From: Bacteroidales bacterium
Lineage (GTDB): Bacteria > Bacteroidota > Bacteroidia > Bacteroidales > F082
NCBI GenBank assembly: GCA_015489465.1
Contig: WFZS01000119.1
Location: 1,848-65,847, forward strand
Direction: 5' to 3'
Length of the DNA: 64,000 bases
Below the pieces are notes generated by a model that was given only the letters and a program-made list of their open reading frames with translations, was not told the origin of the DNA and made no database searches. Positions 1 to 8,689 of the stretch are shown one piece after another. The position numbers were made by a program, and so were the translations under genes. Each line of letters starts with the position of its first letter. The stretch's first letter is position 1.

Positions 1-1546
1 TGCCGACATGGGAATAGAACCGTGGATTGATTGGCAAATGAACATCCCCCCGAAATATCTTTTACCGCAAACGGATTCCATATTCAAAGAAATTAAAACG
101 GATTACCCGTGGTTACTACCTAAAAAAGCTAAAAAAGGGAAGAATAAGAAAAAGAACAAAAATCCGCTAAGACCTAACAGCCTTGTTGTAAGCTTTGCCT
201 GGTGGGAAAATTACATGCATTCCGAAGATGTTTTAAGACAACGTATAGCCTTTGCGTTAAGCGAAATTTTCGTCATATCGAATCAAAGTAAATTGAAAAA
301 CTTCGGGTATGCAACCTCATCTTTTTACGACATCTTTTTAAGAAATGCTTTTGGAAATTTCAGGGATATTTTGGAAGAGGTAACATTCCATCCTGCAATG
401 GGATATTATTTAACATATCTGAAAAACCGTAAAGCCGACCCCACCCGTAATATACACCCCGATGAAAACTACGCTAGGGAACTTATGCAACTTTTCACTA
501 TTGGTCTTTACCAATTGAATCAAGACGGTACTGTAAAGACAGGTAATAACGGGTTGCCAATACCTACTTACGATAACAACGACATTACGGAATTTTCAAA
601 AGTTTTTACAGGGCTGAGCTTCGGAGGTGTTATTGATAACGATGTTATTAAAAAGCCAAGATTTAATATGGGGTACAGATATGCCGACTGGACCGTACCA
701 ATGAAAATGTATCCCAAATTTCACGATACCGGTGTCAAACATTTACTTAACGGGTACACTATACCTGCCGGCGTTTGGGGGATAAGAGATATTGAAAGAA
801 CCCTTGACCTGCTTTTTAATCATCCTAATGTAGGGCCGTTTATAGCTAAAAAGCTTATTCAGTTTTTGGTTAAATCAAACCCCTCACCCGGATATGTAGC
901 AGCAGTTGCCTCCGCTTTCAATAACAACGGTCATGGTGTAAGAGGCGATATGAAAGCCGTTATAAAAGCCATTTTGTTAAATCCCGAAGCAAGAAACTAT
1001 AACCCCTCCGATACCACTGCTGGAAAGCTTTTGGAACCGTTTGTAAGATACGTTCATTTTAACACGGCAATAGGCGTTTCAAGTCCTTCCGGAAAATATT
1101 GGAACAGCGGAAGATTGGCTTATAAAGCTTTACAGCAATATCCTTTGGAATCGCCAACGGTTTTCAATTTCTTTTTACCTGAATTTCAGCCGATAGGTCC
1201 GATTTCTGATGCAGGACTTGTTGCTCCGGAATTCCAAATAACCAACAGCCGGTCATCAATAAGCTATGTAAATTTGATAAACAGAATGGCTGTAAAAGGA
1301 ATTGTTGCGGGAGTTCCTAAACTACCTGAGATGAAAATTCTTACCGATTACGATCAGCTTAAAAAAGATGCCTTGGATAATGACACTTTGTTAAATAAAT
1401 TGGACTTGTTGCTAACTTACGGATCGTTAAGCAACGAAAGTCGTGAAATAATAAAAAATGCCATTTCGGGGCTAAAACCCGAAGATAAAATACGCATGGC
1501 CGTATATCTGATAATGATAAGTCCCGATTATGTAATTTTAAAATAA
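1..1546 (+). CDS. DUF1800 family protein, 5' end cut by window edge
   Basis: ORF 8..1546 stays open back to base 2 in frame. Motifs HPAMGYYL and DENYARELMQLFTIGL are typical of DUF1800. Its usual DUF1501 partner follows 8 nt later. Confidence 0.75.
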   Translation, partial: ADMGIEPWIDWQMNIPPKYLLPQTDSIFKEIKTDYPWLLPKKAKKGKNKKKNKNPLRPNSLVVSFAWWENYMHSEDVLRQRIAFALSEIFVISNQSKLKNFGYATSSFYDIFLRNAFGNFRDILEEVTFHPAMGYYLTYLKNRKADPTRNIHPDENYARELMQLFTIGLYQLNQDGTVKTGNNGLPIPTYDNNDITEFSKVFTGLSFGGVIDNDVIKKPRFNMGYRYADWTVPMKMYPKFHDTGVKHLLNGYTIPAGVWGIRDIERTLDLLFNHPNVGPFIAKKLIQFLVKSNPSPGYVAAVASAFNNNGHGVRGDMKAVIKAILLNPEARNYNPSDTTAGKLLEPFVRYVHFNTAIGVSSPSGKYWNSGRLAYKALQQYPLESPTVFNFFLPEFQPIGPISDAGLVAPEFQITNSRSSISYVNLINRMAVKGIVAGVPKLPEMKILTDYDQLKKDALDNDTLLNKLDLLLTYGSLSNESREIIKNAISGLKPEDKIRMAVYLIMISPDYVILK

Positions 1547-1554
1547 TACCATCA

Positions 1555-2955
1555 ATGAAAAAAGGACATAACAGAAGAGATTTTATAAAACTAGCCGGTT
1601 TGGCATCACTCGGTTTATCCGCATCCATGGTTTCGGCATTTAACCTAAAAGCAATACAATCTGCCGCATTAGACAACTCCGGAACAAAAAAAACGGATTA
1701 TAAAGCCTTGGTTTGCTTATTTCTTGCGGGAGGAAATGACTCGTATAACATGTTGGTACCAAAGGGTAACAATGAATATGCGAAGTATTCACAAACACGT
1801 TCAGAGATGGCTATCCCGCAAAACGACCTTGTTGGAATAAAAGCAAAAAACAGTGATGGAAGATCATTCGGTTTGCATCCGTCAATGCCCGATATTGCAG
1901 CGTTGTTTAATGCCGGGGATTTGGCGTTTTTATGTAATACCGGCTCTTTAATACAGCCTACAACAAAAAAACAATACAAAAATAAAAGTGTTTTACTTCC
2001 TATCGGGTTGTTTTCTCACGCGGACATGCAAAAACATTGGCAATCGGCCAACCCCGTCCAACGCACGGGAATAGGCTGGGGAGGAAAAATTGCCGACATG
2101 ATGCATGATGTTAATGACAACGATATTATTTCCATGAACATTTCCCTATCGGGTACCAATATTTTTCAATACGGTAACAAAGTTTCCGAGTTTTCAATAA
2201 AAGCGGGTACTGGTGCCGAAAACATTGCCGGTTACGGTTATCAAAAAGGATTTGGCAGAAGACGTACACAAGCCATTGATCAGTTTTTCAATCGCAAATA
2301 CAATAATGTTTTTGAAAAAACTTACATGAATATATTGAAAAACGCCCGGGAAGGCGGTACTCAATTTGAAAAAGCCATAAAAGAAATTCCCGAGTTACAA
2401 ACGGAATTCGCCGGCGACAGAATTTCGCAAAGTTTTAAGATGGTGGCAAAAACAATAATGGCCCGTAAAATCCTGGGGTTTAAAAGACAAATATTTTTTA
2501 TAAAATACAACGGATGGGATCATCACAGCGATCTATTAACACGTCAAAAAGAGATGCTCAAAGTTGTTAATGACGCTTTGAAATCATTTGCCGAAGCACT
2601 AAACGAGATTGACATGTTCAATAACGTTACCACTTTTACCATGTCCGATTTCGGCAGGACGTTAACTTCAAACGGAAACGGAACCGACCACGCATGGGGA
2701 GGAAATACCTTTATGATGGGTGGTGCGGTAAAAGGCAAAATATTATACGGCAAGTATCCGTCACTGGCTTTAGGCACGGATATTGAACTTGGTAAGGGCG
2801 TACTTTTACCAACAACAGCTAACAATCTTTATTTTGCAGAACTCGCTTTGTGGTTCGGGGTAAAAAAGTCCGAGTTACCTTTAATATTTCCGAACATCAC
2901 CAACTTTTACGACATCAATTCAAAGAGTCAGCCGTTGGGTTTTCTTGATATTTGA
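1555..2955 (+). CDS. DUF1501 family protein (sulfatase/alkaline-phosphatase-like), Tat-exported
   Basis: N-terminal twin-arginine signal NRRDFIKLAGLASLG. DUF1501-type motifs NGWDHHSD and GNGTDHAWGG. Confidence 0.8.
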   Translation: MKKGHNRRDFIKLAGLASLGLSASMVSAFNLKAIQSAALDNSGTKKTDYKALVCLFLAGGNDSYNMLVPKGNNEYAKYSQTRSEMAIPQNDLVGIKAKNSDGRSFGLHPSMPDIAALFNAGDLAFLCNTGSLIQPTTKKQYKNKSVLLPIGLFSHADMQKHWQSANPVQRTGIGWGGKIADMMHDVNDNDIISMNISLSGTNIFQYGNKVSEFSIKAGTGAENIAGYGYQKGFGRRRTQAIDQFFNRKYNNVFEKTYMNILKNAREGGTQFEKAIKEIPELQTEFAGDRISQSFKMVAKTIMARKILGFKRQIFFIKYNGWDHHSDLLTRQKEMLKVVNDALKSFAEALNEIDMFNNVTTFTMSDFGRTLTSNGNGTDHAWGGNTFMMGGAVKGKILYGKYPSLALGTDIELGKGVLLPTTANNLYFAELALWFGVKKSELPLIFPNITNFYDINSKSQPLGFLDI

Positions 2956-3133
2956 TTTACTCTACTGTTTCCCGGAGTTTCAATTTTTTTTGAAGGAACA
3001 ACCGAACAGGAGTCAGAGAGACCGAAAGCACACAAGTACGATGGCACAATAAAACACGCTCTGCATTGGTATTCCAAAGGTGTAAAATTTTTCAACAACC
3101 GGTAAATGACGTTGTATCAGGGCGGGAGAGGCA

Positions 3134-3224
3134 GTCATGGTGAGCCGGTCGAACCATGGCAGGGGAAGCCTCCGTAAGCACGGTTCGACAAGCCTGCCCG
3201 TCCGGCAGGCGGGCTCACCGTGAC
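3134..3224. repeat. GC-rich compound palindromic element (REP-like, or a structured RNA)
   Basis: 3134-3146 pairs with 3212-3224 (13 bp, one G-U). 3148-3155 pairs with 3182-3189 (8 bp). A perfect inner hairpin GCCTGCC/CGTCC/GGCAGGC lies at 3192-3210. The segment is strongly GC-rich against AT-rich flanks and sits between the 3' ends of convergent genes. Confidence 0.6.
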
Positions 3225-3335
3225 AATCTGGGGCATAAGGTCGAAAGTTCATAAAATCGAAAGTAGGGAAACAATTAACGGCTAACTTTATTATACTTCA
3301 GACAATTTGACCTGCAGACTTTCATCTATCCCACA

Positions 3336-4205
3336 TCAAGCCATATAATCCGAATCAACATATTTAGGAGTTATTGTAAGTACCGGGGTTTGCGATTTTC
3401 TTATTATTCCGAAAGCCGATTTTCCTATGAAATATTTAATTATCGGTTTTTCCGACTGGGTCATTATAACAATCAAATCGATATTATTGTTATGGGCATA
3501 TTTCAACACTTCTATGAGAAACATTTTTCTGCCTCCGCCATCAGTGGAGATGAATTCATGTTTTGTTTTAATACCTTCACTTTCGATTTTCTTAACGGTT
3601 TTTTCCATTAAAGCCAAAGACCTTTTGCCTATTTTTTCTTTTTTCTTCCAAACAATTGATATGACATGAACCGTAGCGTCGAAAGCTTTGGCAATTTTTA
3701 TGGCCTGATTAACTTTTTGTCCGGTTCTTTTTGAAAAATCGAGAGGTAACAAAATATTCCTGACGTAATCCAAATTACCTTCACGAAAGGTAATAACCGG
3801 AACAGGGGAATATCTTATTATTTTTCCCGCCACCGAACCTAATTTGGGATTTGTGATGGCCTTTTCTTCATGTTCACGAGTACCCATTAAAATAAAACCG
3901 GCTCCCAGCTCATCCACGGTTTTAAGTATCTCCTTGTAAGGCTTGCCGGTTTTAACAACAATCTTTACTTCCACCCCCTCTTCTTTAATCAACTTATCTA
4001 CTTTATGTTTTAACTCCTCCTTCACTTGCATTATAACACTATCTTTAACAATGACTTCGGCAAGTTTTTCCGATCGCTCGATAACATGCAGAAGAATTAT
4101 GTTATATTTATAATCCTTAACATGCTTGGAAGCAAAGTCCAAAGCCGCTTGCGATTCGAAATCAAAATTAAAGGGGATAAGAACAGTTGGATTGTTGTTC
4201 TGCAT
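3336..4205 (-). CDS. universal stress protein, tandem UspA domains
   Basis: 289 aa with two Usp-like halves, each ending in a PVPVITF / TPVLTI-type strand. Confidence 0.8.
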   Translation of the reverse strand: MQNNNPTVLIPFNFDFESQAALDFASKHVKDYKYNIILLHVIERSEKLAEVIVKDSVIMQVKEELKHKVDKLIKEEGVEVKIVVKTGKPYKEILKTVDELGAGFILMGTREHEEKAITNPKLGSVAGKIIRYSPVPVITFREGNLDYVRNILLPLDFSKRTGQKVNQAIKIAKAFDATVHVISIVWKKKEKIGKRSLALMEKTVKKIESEGIKTKHEFISTDGGGRKMFLIEVLKYAHNNNIDLIVIMTQSEKPIIKYFIGKSAFGIIRKSQTPVLTITPKYVDSDYMA

Positions 4206-4250
4206 AATTTTTATTTTAGTAGCTTTGCAAATTTACCAAAAATAAGTACT

Positions 4251-5129
4251 ATGAAAAATAATAAAACCGTGGATCTGGCAATCAACTCATCGGGAGCTGT
4301 TTACCACCTCAATCTAATGCCGGGGGATGTATCCGACACTATATTTCTTGTGGGAGACCCGGGAAGAGCAAAAATGATATCTACATTTTTCGATAAAATA
4401 GAGGTTGAAAAACATAACAGAGAGATAAATACATACACGGGTTATTACAAAGACAAACGTTTAACCGTACTTTCAACGGGTATGGGAACCGATAATATTG
4501 AAATTGTAGTAACGGAGCTTGACGCTTTATTTAATATAGATTTTAAAACCAAGACTCCTAAAGACGAAATAACATCTTTAAACCTCATAAGAATAGGTAC
4601 ATCGGGGGCTTTGCAAGCGGATATTCCGGTGGATAAAAGTTACCTCGTTTCAGCATATAGCATCGGACTTGACGGTCTTTTATGGTTTTACCGTGACGGT
4701 GAAAATGTTATCGAAAAGGAAAATACCGAATTCTTTATCAGAGAGATGAATTGGGACAGCAATCTCCCGAAACCATACGTAGTAAAAGGTTCGGAATATT
4801 TGATTGAAAAGCTTGCCGGTGACTGGAGAAAAGGGATAACATTAACGGCACCGGGTTTTTATGCTCCTCAAGACCGTGAAGTACGTCTTAAAGTTAAAGA
4901 TAATACCGTTATTGAAAGAGCCAGAAAACTGGGATTCGACAATTACAAGGTTACTAATTTTGAGATGGAAACATCAGCACTTTACGGTTTGTCGGCATTA
5001 CTCGGGCATGAAGCCATGACCGTTTGCGATATTATTGCAAACCGTATTGCCGATACTTTTAACCCTAACTATAAAGAAAGCATGGAGAATCTTGTTAAAG
5101 AAATGCTTGAAAGAGTGCAGGTGTTGTAA
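4251..5129 (+). CDS. nucleoside phosphorylase (PNP/UDP family)
   Basis: Motifs VGDPGRA, RIGTSGAL and FEMETSALY. I chose the ATG at 4251 because the TTG-initiated extension from 4026 overlaps the divergent usp gene. Confidence 0.7.
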   Translation: MKNNKTVDLAINSSGAVYHLNLMPGDVSDTIFLVGDPGRAKMISTFFDKIEVEKHNREINTYTGYYKDKRLTVLSTGMGTDNIEIVVTELDALFNIDFKTKTPKDEITSLNLIRIGTSGALQADIPVDKSYLVSAYSIGLDGLLWFYRDGENVIEKENTEFFIREMNWDSNLPKPYVVKGSEYLIEKLAGDWRKGITLTAPGFYAPQDREVRLKVKDNTVIERARKLGFDNYKVTNFEMETSALYGLSALLGHEAMTVCDIIANRIADTFNPNYKESMENLVKEMLERVQVL

Positions 5130-5149
5130 AAATAAAATTTACAAAAAAT

Positions 5150-5187
5150 AAAAACGGGACTCGCAAAACGATGTCCCGTTTTTTTAA
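5150..5187. terminator. bidirectional intrinsic terminator between convergent genes
   Basis: AACGGGAC (5153-5160) pairs with GTCCCGTT (5173-5180). The hairpin has an A-run before it and a T-run after it. Confidence 0.7.
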
Positions 5188-5204
5188 AAAGGATTTGGTG
5201 ATAC

Positions 5205-6569
5205 TTAAACCCCTAACGAATCGAGGGCTTCAAGGTTCTTTTTAATTTCGTCATCCGACACACTGTAATCATGTAAGTTTCCTGCAAAATATTGATCGTA
5301 CGAAGCCATATCAACCAAACCGTGTCCCGAAAGGTTGAATAATATGGTTTTTTCAACGCCTTCTTCTTTAGCTTTCCGGGCTTCTCTAAACACTTGTGCG
5401 ATAGCATGTGTACTTTCCGGTGCAGGTATAATACCTTCCGCTCTGGCAAATTTTACTCCAGCGTCAAAACATTCGAGCTGATGAACGGCAGCAGCCTCTA
5501 TCAAACCGTCTTTCAACAATTGGCTTACAATGGCTCCGGCACCGTGATAACGCAATCCTCCGGCATGAATCTTGGGAGGCATAAATGTATGTCCGAGAGT
5601 GTACATCGGAATCAAAGGTGTCATTCCTACGGAATCACCGAAATCGTATCTGAACTCTCCGCGGGTTAATTTAGGACACGAATATGGCTCAACGGCAATG
5701 GCTCTGGTTTTTTTACCTTTTTCGAAATTTTCTTTAAGAAAAGGAAACGATATTCCGGCAAAATTGGAACCGCCGCCGAAACACCCTATTACTATATCCG
5801 GATAATCATCGGCAAGTTCAAATTGTTTCAAAGCTTCGAGACCTATTACCGTTTGATGCATCAAAACATGATTCAAAACACTTCCCAAAGAATATTTTGT
5901 ATCGGGATCTTTAACAGCCATCTCTACAGCTTCCGATATTGCTATTCCCAAACTTCCCGGATTGTCGGGGTCTTTTTCAAGGATAGCTCTTCCCACTTCG
6001 GTTAAATTACTCGGAGAAGGCACCACGTTTGCTCCCCAGGTGTTTATCATGGATTTACGATAAGGCTTTTGATTGTAACTCACTTTAACCATAAACACCT
6101 GCAAATCGATATCAAAAAATTGAGTTGCAAAACTCAAAGCACTTCCCCATTGTCCGGCACCCGTTTCGGTGGTTATTCGTTTAACACCCTCCTTATAATT
6201 GTAATATGCTTGCGGAACGGCAGTATTGGGTTTATGTGAACCGGCGGGACTCACTCCCTCATATTTGTAATATATTTTAACGGGAGCATCAAGCAATTTT
6301 TCCAAGTTGTATGCTCTTATTAAAGGTGACGGTCTCCATATTTTGTAAATATCCAAAACTTCTTCGGGTATATCTATCCACTTCTCGGTAGCTACTTCTT
6401 GTTTTATCAACTCCATGGGAAATAGCGGGGCCAAATCTTCGGGACCCAAAGGTTGTTTTGTACCCGGATGCAAAGGCGGTTTAGGTTTGTTAGGCATATC
6501 CGCCATAATGTTATACCATTGGGTCGGCATCTCTTTTTCGGATAGATAGTACTTTTTGAATTTTTTCAT
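5205..6569 (-). CDS. trpB2: TrpB2-type tryptophan synthase beta-like PLP enzyme
   Basis: 454 aa with the long N-terminal extension typical of the TrpB-like (TrpB2) clade ([20 protein letters not shown]...). PLP lysine context [11 protein letters not shown]; GGGSNFAG loop. Confidence 0.9.
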   Translation of the reverse strand: MKKFKKYYLSEKEMPTQWYNIMADMPNKPKPPLHPGTKQPLGPEDLAPLFPMELIKQEVATEKWIDIPEEVLDIYKIWRPSPLIRAYNLEKLLDAPVKIYYKYEGVSPAGSHKPNTAVPQAYYNYKEGVKRITTETGAGQWGSALSFATQFFDIDLQVFMVKVSYNQKPYRKSMINTWGANVVPSPSNLTEVGRAILEKDPDNPGSLGIAISEAVEMAVKDPDTKYSLGSVLNHVLMHQTVIGLEALKQFELADDYPDIVIGCFGGGSNFAGISFPFLKENFEKGKKTRAIAVEPYSCPKLTRGEFRYDFGDSVGMTPLIPMYTLGHTFMPPKIHAGGLRYHGAGAIVSQLLKDGLIEAAAVHQLECFDAGVKFARAEGIIPAPESTHAIAQVFREARKAKEEGVEKTILFNLSGHGLVDMASYDQYFAGNLHDYSVSDDEIKKNLEALDSLGV

Positions 6570-6611
6570 AATTAATTGTTTTTTAAACGGTTAATAATAT
6601 TGAGTTTCATA

Positions 6612-6645
6612 AATAAAAAAGGCGTGCCGTAACCGACACGCCTTT
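6612..6645 (-). terminator. attenuator terminator of the trp leader
   Basis: The minus strand reads AAAGGCGTGTCG-GTTA-CGGCACGCCTTT followed by TTTTTTATTT: a 12-bp stem with one G-U. It lies 42 nt upstream of the trpB2 ATG. Confidence 0.75.
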
Positions 6646-6670
6646 ATATTTTTAAAAATACATAGCCAGG

Positions 6671-6733
6671 TTACGACACCGGAGTTACCCTGTGCCACCA
6701 CCAAAAGTTAGCTATGTTATTATTTGTTTTCAT
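6671..6733 (-). CDS. Trp-rich leader peptide MKTNNNIANFWWWHRVTPVS
   Basis: ATG at 6733, TAA at 6673-6671, three consecutive TGG codons at 6703-6695. Followed by the terminator and trpB2. Confidence 0.65.
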   Translation of the reverse strand: MKTNNNIANFWWWHRVTPVS

Positions 6734-6743
6734 AATTTCACGT

Positions 6744-6751
6744 CAAAATTA
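6744..6751 (-). promoter_or_regulatory. Bacteroidota -7 promoter box TAATTTTG
   Basis: Matches TAnnTTTG, 10 nt upstream of the leader ATG. Confidence 0.35.
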
Positions 6752-7023
6752 AAAAAGTTTTTTTTAGATGCTAATTTTTTTCTTATTTTTTTACTACGGA
6801 TAGATTCAACCACTAAATGTAAGTTTTTTGTTTTTATAAATACATTAACAAAAAACCTTCTTTTTACCCAATGCAAACGTTTTCTAATACAACTCACCCC
6901 ATGAAATTTGTACCCGGTTATTGATTTTTTAAGTTAATTTTCAATCCTAACCCCCCCCAAAAAAACGGCACCTTACCCGGAAAAGGATAAAATCCCGTTT
7001 TCAATATAAAATGAAAACAACCT

Positions 7024-8580
7024 TTACGATTTTGATTTCAGAGTTATAAACGGAACCATAACTTCTTCCATCGAAATTCCTCCGTGTTGAAATGTATTAC
7101 GGTAATATTTTACGTAATAGTTATAATTATTCGGATATGCAAAGAAATCACCCGGACGTGAGAACACCCACCTCGTACTTACGTTTATTTTAGGCAGAAA
7201 ATATTCTTCGGGGTTTATAATCTCAAAAACTTCTTTGGCATTGTAAGCCAAGTTCCGACCGTATTTATATCTTAAATTGGTATTAACGGCTTTGTCACCT
7301 ACGATTTTAACGGGATTGTGAACCCTAACGGAACCGTGGTCGGTAGTAATCATAACCCTTACGTTTTTATCCGAAAGGTATTTTATAATATCAAACAGCG
7401 ACGAGTGTTCAAACCAGGACAACATTAGCGAACGGTAAGCAGCCTCATCATCGGCAAGTTCACGGATTATCTCCATCTCTGTTCTTGCATGAGAAAGCAT
7501 GTCAACAAAATTGTAAATTATAACATTAAAGTCGTTTTCCATAAGATTGGAAATGTTATCGGCAAGTTTTCTACCGAATTCAAGGTTCAGAACTTTATGG
7601 TAAGACATCTTTGCATTTTTACCGAACCGCTTAAACTGCTCTTTCAAAAGTTCAAACTCAAACTGGTTTTTCGACCCCTCTTCTTCTTCGTCAACCCAAA
7701 AATTTCTGTAACGTTTTCTTATCTCGTTGGGCATTAATCCCGCAAACAATGCATTACGTGCATATTGCGTTGTTGTCGGCAAAATACTGTAATAAATTTC
7801 ATCCTTTTCAACCCTGAAATAATTTTCAACCAAAGGCTGAATTGCTTTCCATTGGTCGTAACGAAGATTATCGATAAGTATAAAAAATACTTTTTCACTT
7901 TTATTCAATTCAGGAAAAACTTTCTCTTTAATAAGAGTGTGCGACATAACGGGTTTATCATCGGTATTGCCGTGAAGCCAGTCGTAATAATTACTTTCAT
8001 AAAACTTGTCAAAACCGTTGTTGGCATCATTTTTCTGCATTTCCAGAATATCAAGAATATTTTCGTCTTCGGTTTTTCCCAAATCCAGTTCGTAACGCAC
8101 CAATTTTTTATAGATATCCACCCATTCATCGTGGTCAAGCCTGTCCATCAACCTCATACCTATTTCCCTGAACTGCTGTTGATAGTTCATGGTTGCTTTT
8201 TCACTTGCCAGCTTTCTGTTTTCAAGGTTTCTTTTAAGTGAAAGCAGTATTTGAGTAGGTTTTACGGGCTTGATAAGGTAATCGGCAATATTGGAACCTA
8301 TCGCATCCTCCATTATGGATTCTTCCTCACTTTTGGTTATCATAACCACAGGCAGATTAGGAAAATCTTCTTTTATCTTTTCCAATGCCTCTATACCCGA
8401 CACCCCCGGCATCTGCTCGTCCAAAAAAACAATGTCGAAATGTTGTTCTTTAGCCAGGTCAATGGCATCACTACCATTGTTAACCGGAACAACTTCATAC
8501 CCCTTTTGTTCCAAAAAAATTATATGCGGTTTTAATAATTCAATCTCATCGTCAGCCCATAAAATGCGTATCTTACTCAT
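7024..8580 (-). CDS. porX: PorX-type response regulator (CheY receiver + PglZ/alkaline-phosphatase-like domain)
   Basis: 518 aa. N-terminal receiver (ILWADDE..., FLDEQMPGVSG); C-terminal PglZ-like domain (ITTDHGS). Architecture and length match the T9SS regulator PorX. Confidence 0.75.
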   Translation of the reverse strand: MSKIRILWADDEIELLKPHIIFLEQKGYEVVPVNNGSDAIDLAKEQHFDIVFLDEQMPGVSGIEALEKIKEDFPNLPVVMITKSEEESIMEDAIGSNIADYLIKPVKPTQILLSLKRNLENRKLASEKATMNYQQQFREIGMRLMDRLDHDEWVDIYKKLVRYELDLGKTEDENILDILEMQKNDANNGFDKFYESNYYDWLHGNTDDKPVMSHTLIKEKVFPELNKSEKVFFILIDNLRYDQWKAIQPLVENYFRVEKDEIYYSILPTTTQYARNALFAGLMPNEIRKRYRNFWVDEEEEGSKNQFEFELLKEQFKRFGKNAKMSYHKVLNLEFGRKLADNISNLMENDFNVIIYNFVDMLSHARTEMEIIRELADDEAAYRSLMLSWFEHSSLFDIIKYLSDKNVRVMITTDHGSVRVHNPVKIVGDKAVNTNLRYKYGRNLAYNAKEVFEIINPEEYFLPKINVSTRWVFSRPGDFFAYPNNYNYYVKYYRNTFQHGGISMEEVMVPFITLKSKS

Positions 8581-8689
8581 ATTTTTATTCCTTTTTGGTA
8601 ATTAATAAATTAGTTTTGTAAAAATAAAGGTAATTTTCTTGCAAATATTGTATTAACGAGCATGTGAGCATATCAAATTAACAATTTTT

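Noticed and set aside
3121-3240. Could the GC-rich element be an SRP RNA, RNase P RNA, or a cobalamin or ZTP riboswitch?
   Set aside because: It lacks the conserved cores I know for these: the SRP GGAA/AGCA symmetric loop, the B12 box, and the ZTP CCGCCTGGGC. It also lies between two 3' ends, so it has no downstream gene to regulate.
3013-3252. 79-aa ORF (MNFRPYAPDCHGEPACRTGRLVEP...)
   Set aside because: It is the translation of the GC-rich palindrome. Its Arg/Pro/Cys-rich composition is unlike any other protein in the window, and it has no start context.
2966-3282. 8-bp inverted pair TGTTTCCC (2966-2973) / GGGAAACA (3275-3282) as possible MITE terminal repeats around the spacer
   Set aside because: Only 8 bp match, the pairing does not extend, and there is no flanking direct repeat. 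This is compatible with chance.
4026-4250. N-terminal extensions offered by the ORF track: phosphorylase from 4026, ppa from 20601, fbp to 27250, aspartate kinase to 25111, SIMPL to 45383, ABC ATPase to 37755, thioredoxin-like to 57153
   Set aside because: The extensions overlap neighbouring genes or promoter boxes, use TTG or weak starts, and have non-protein-like composition. Internal ATGs give N-termini that match the family.
6692-6904. 70-aa plus-strand ORF in the porX/trpB2 spacer
   Set aside because: It is antisense to the trp leader, and its low-complexity F/L/K-rich sequence is typical of AT-rich non-coding DNA.
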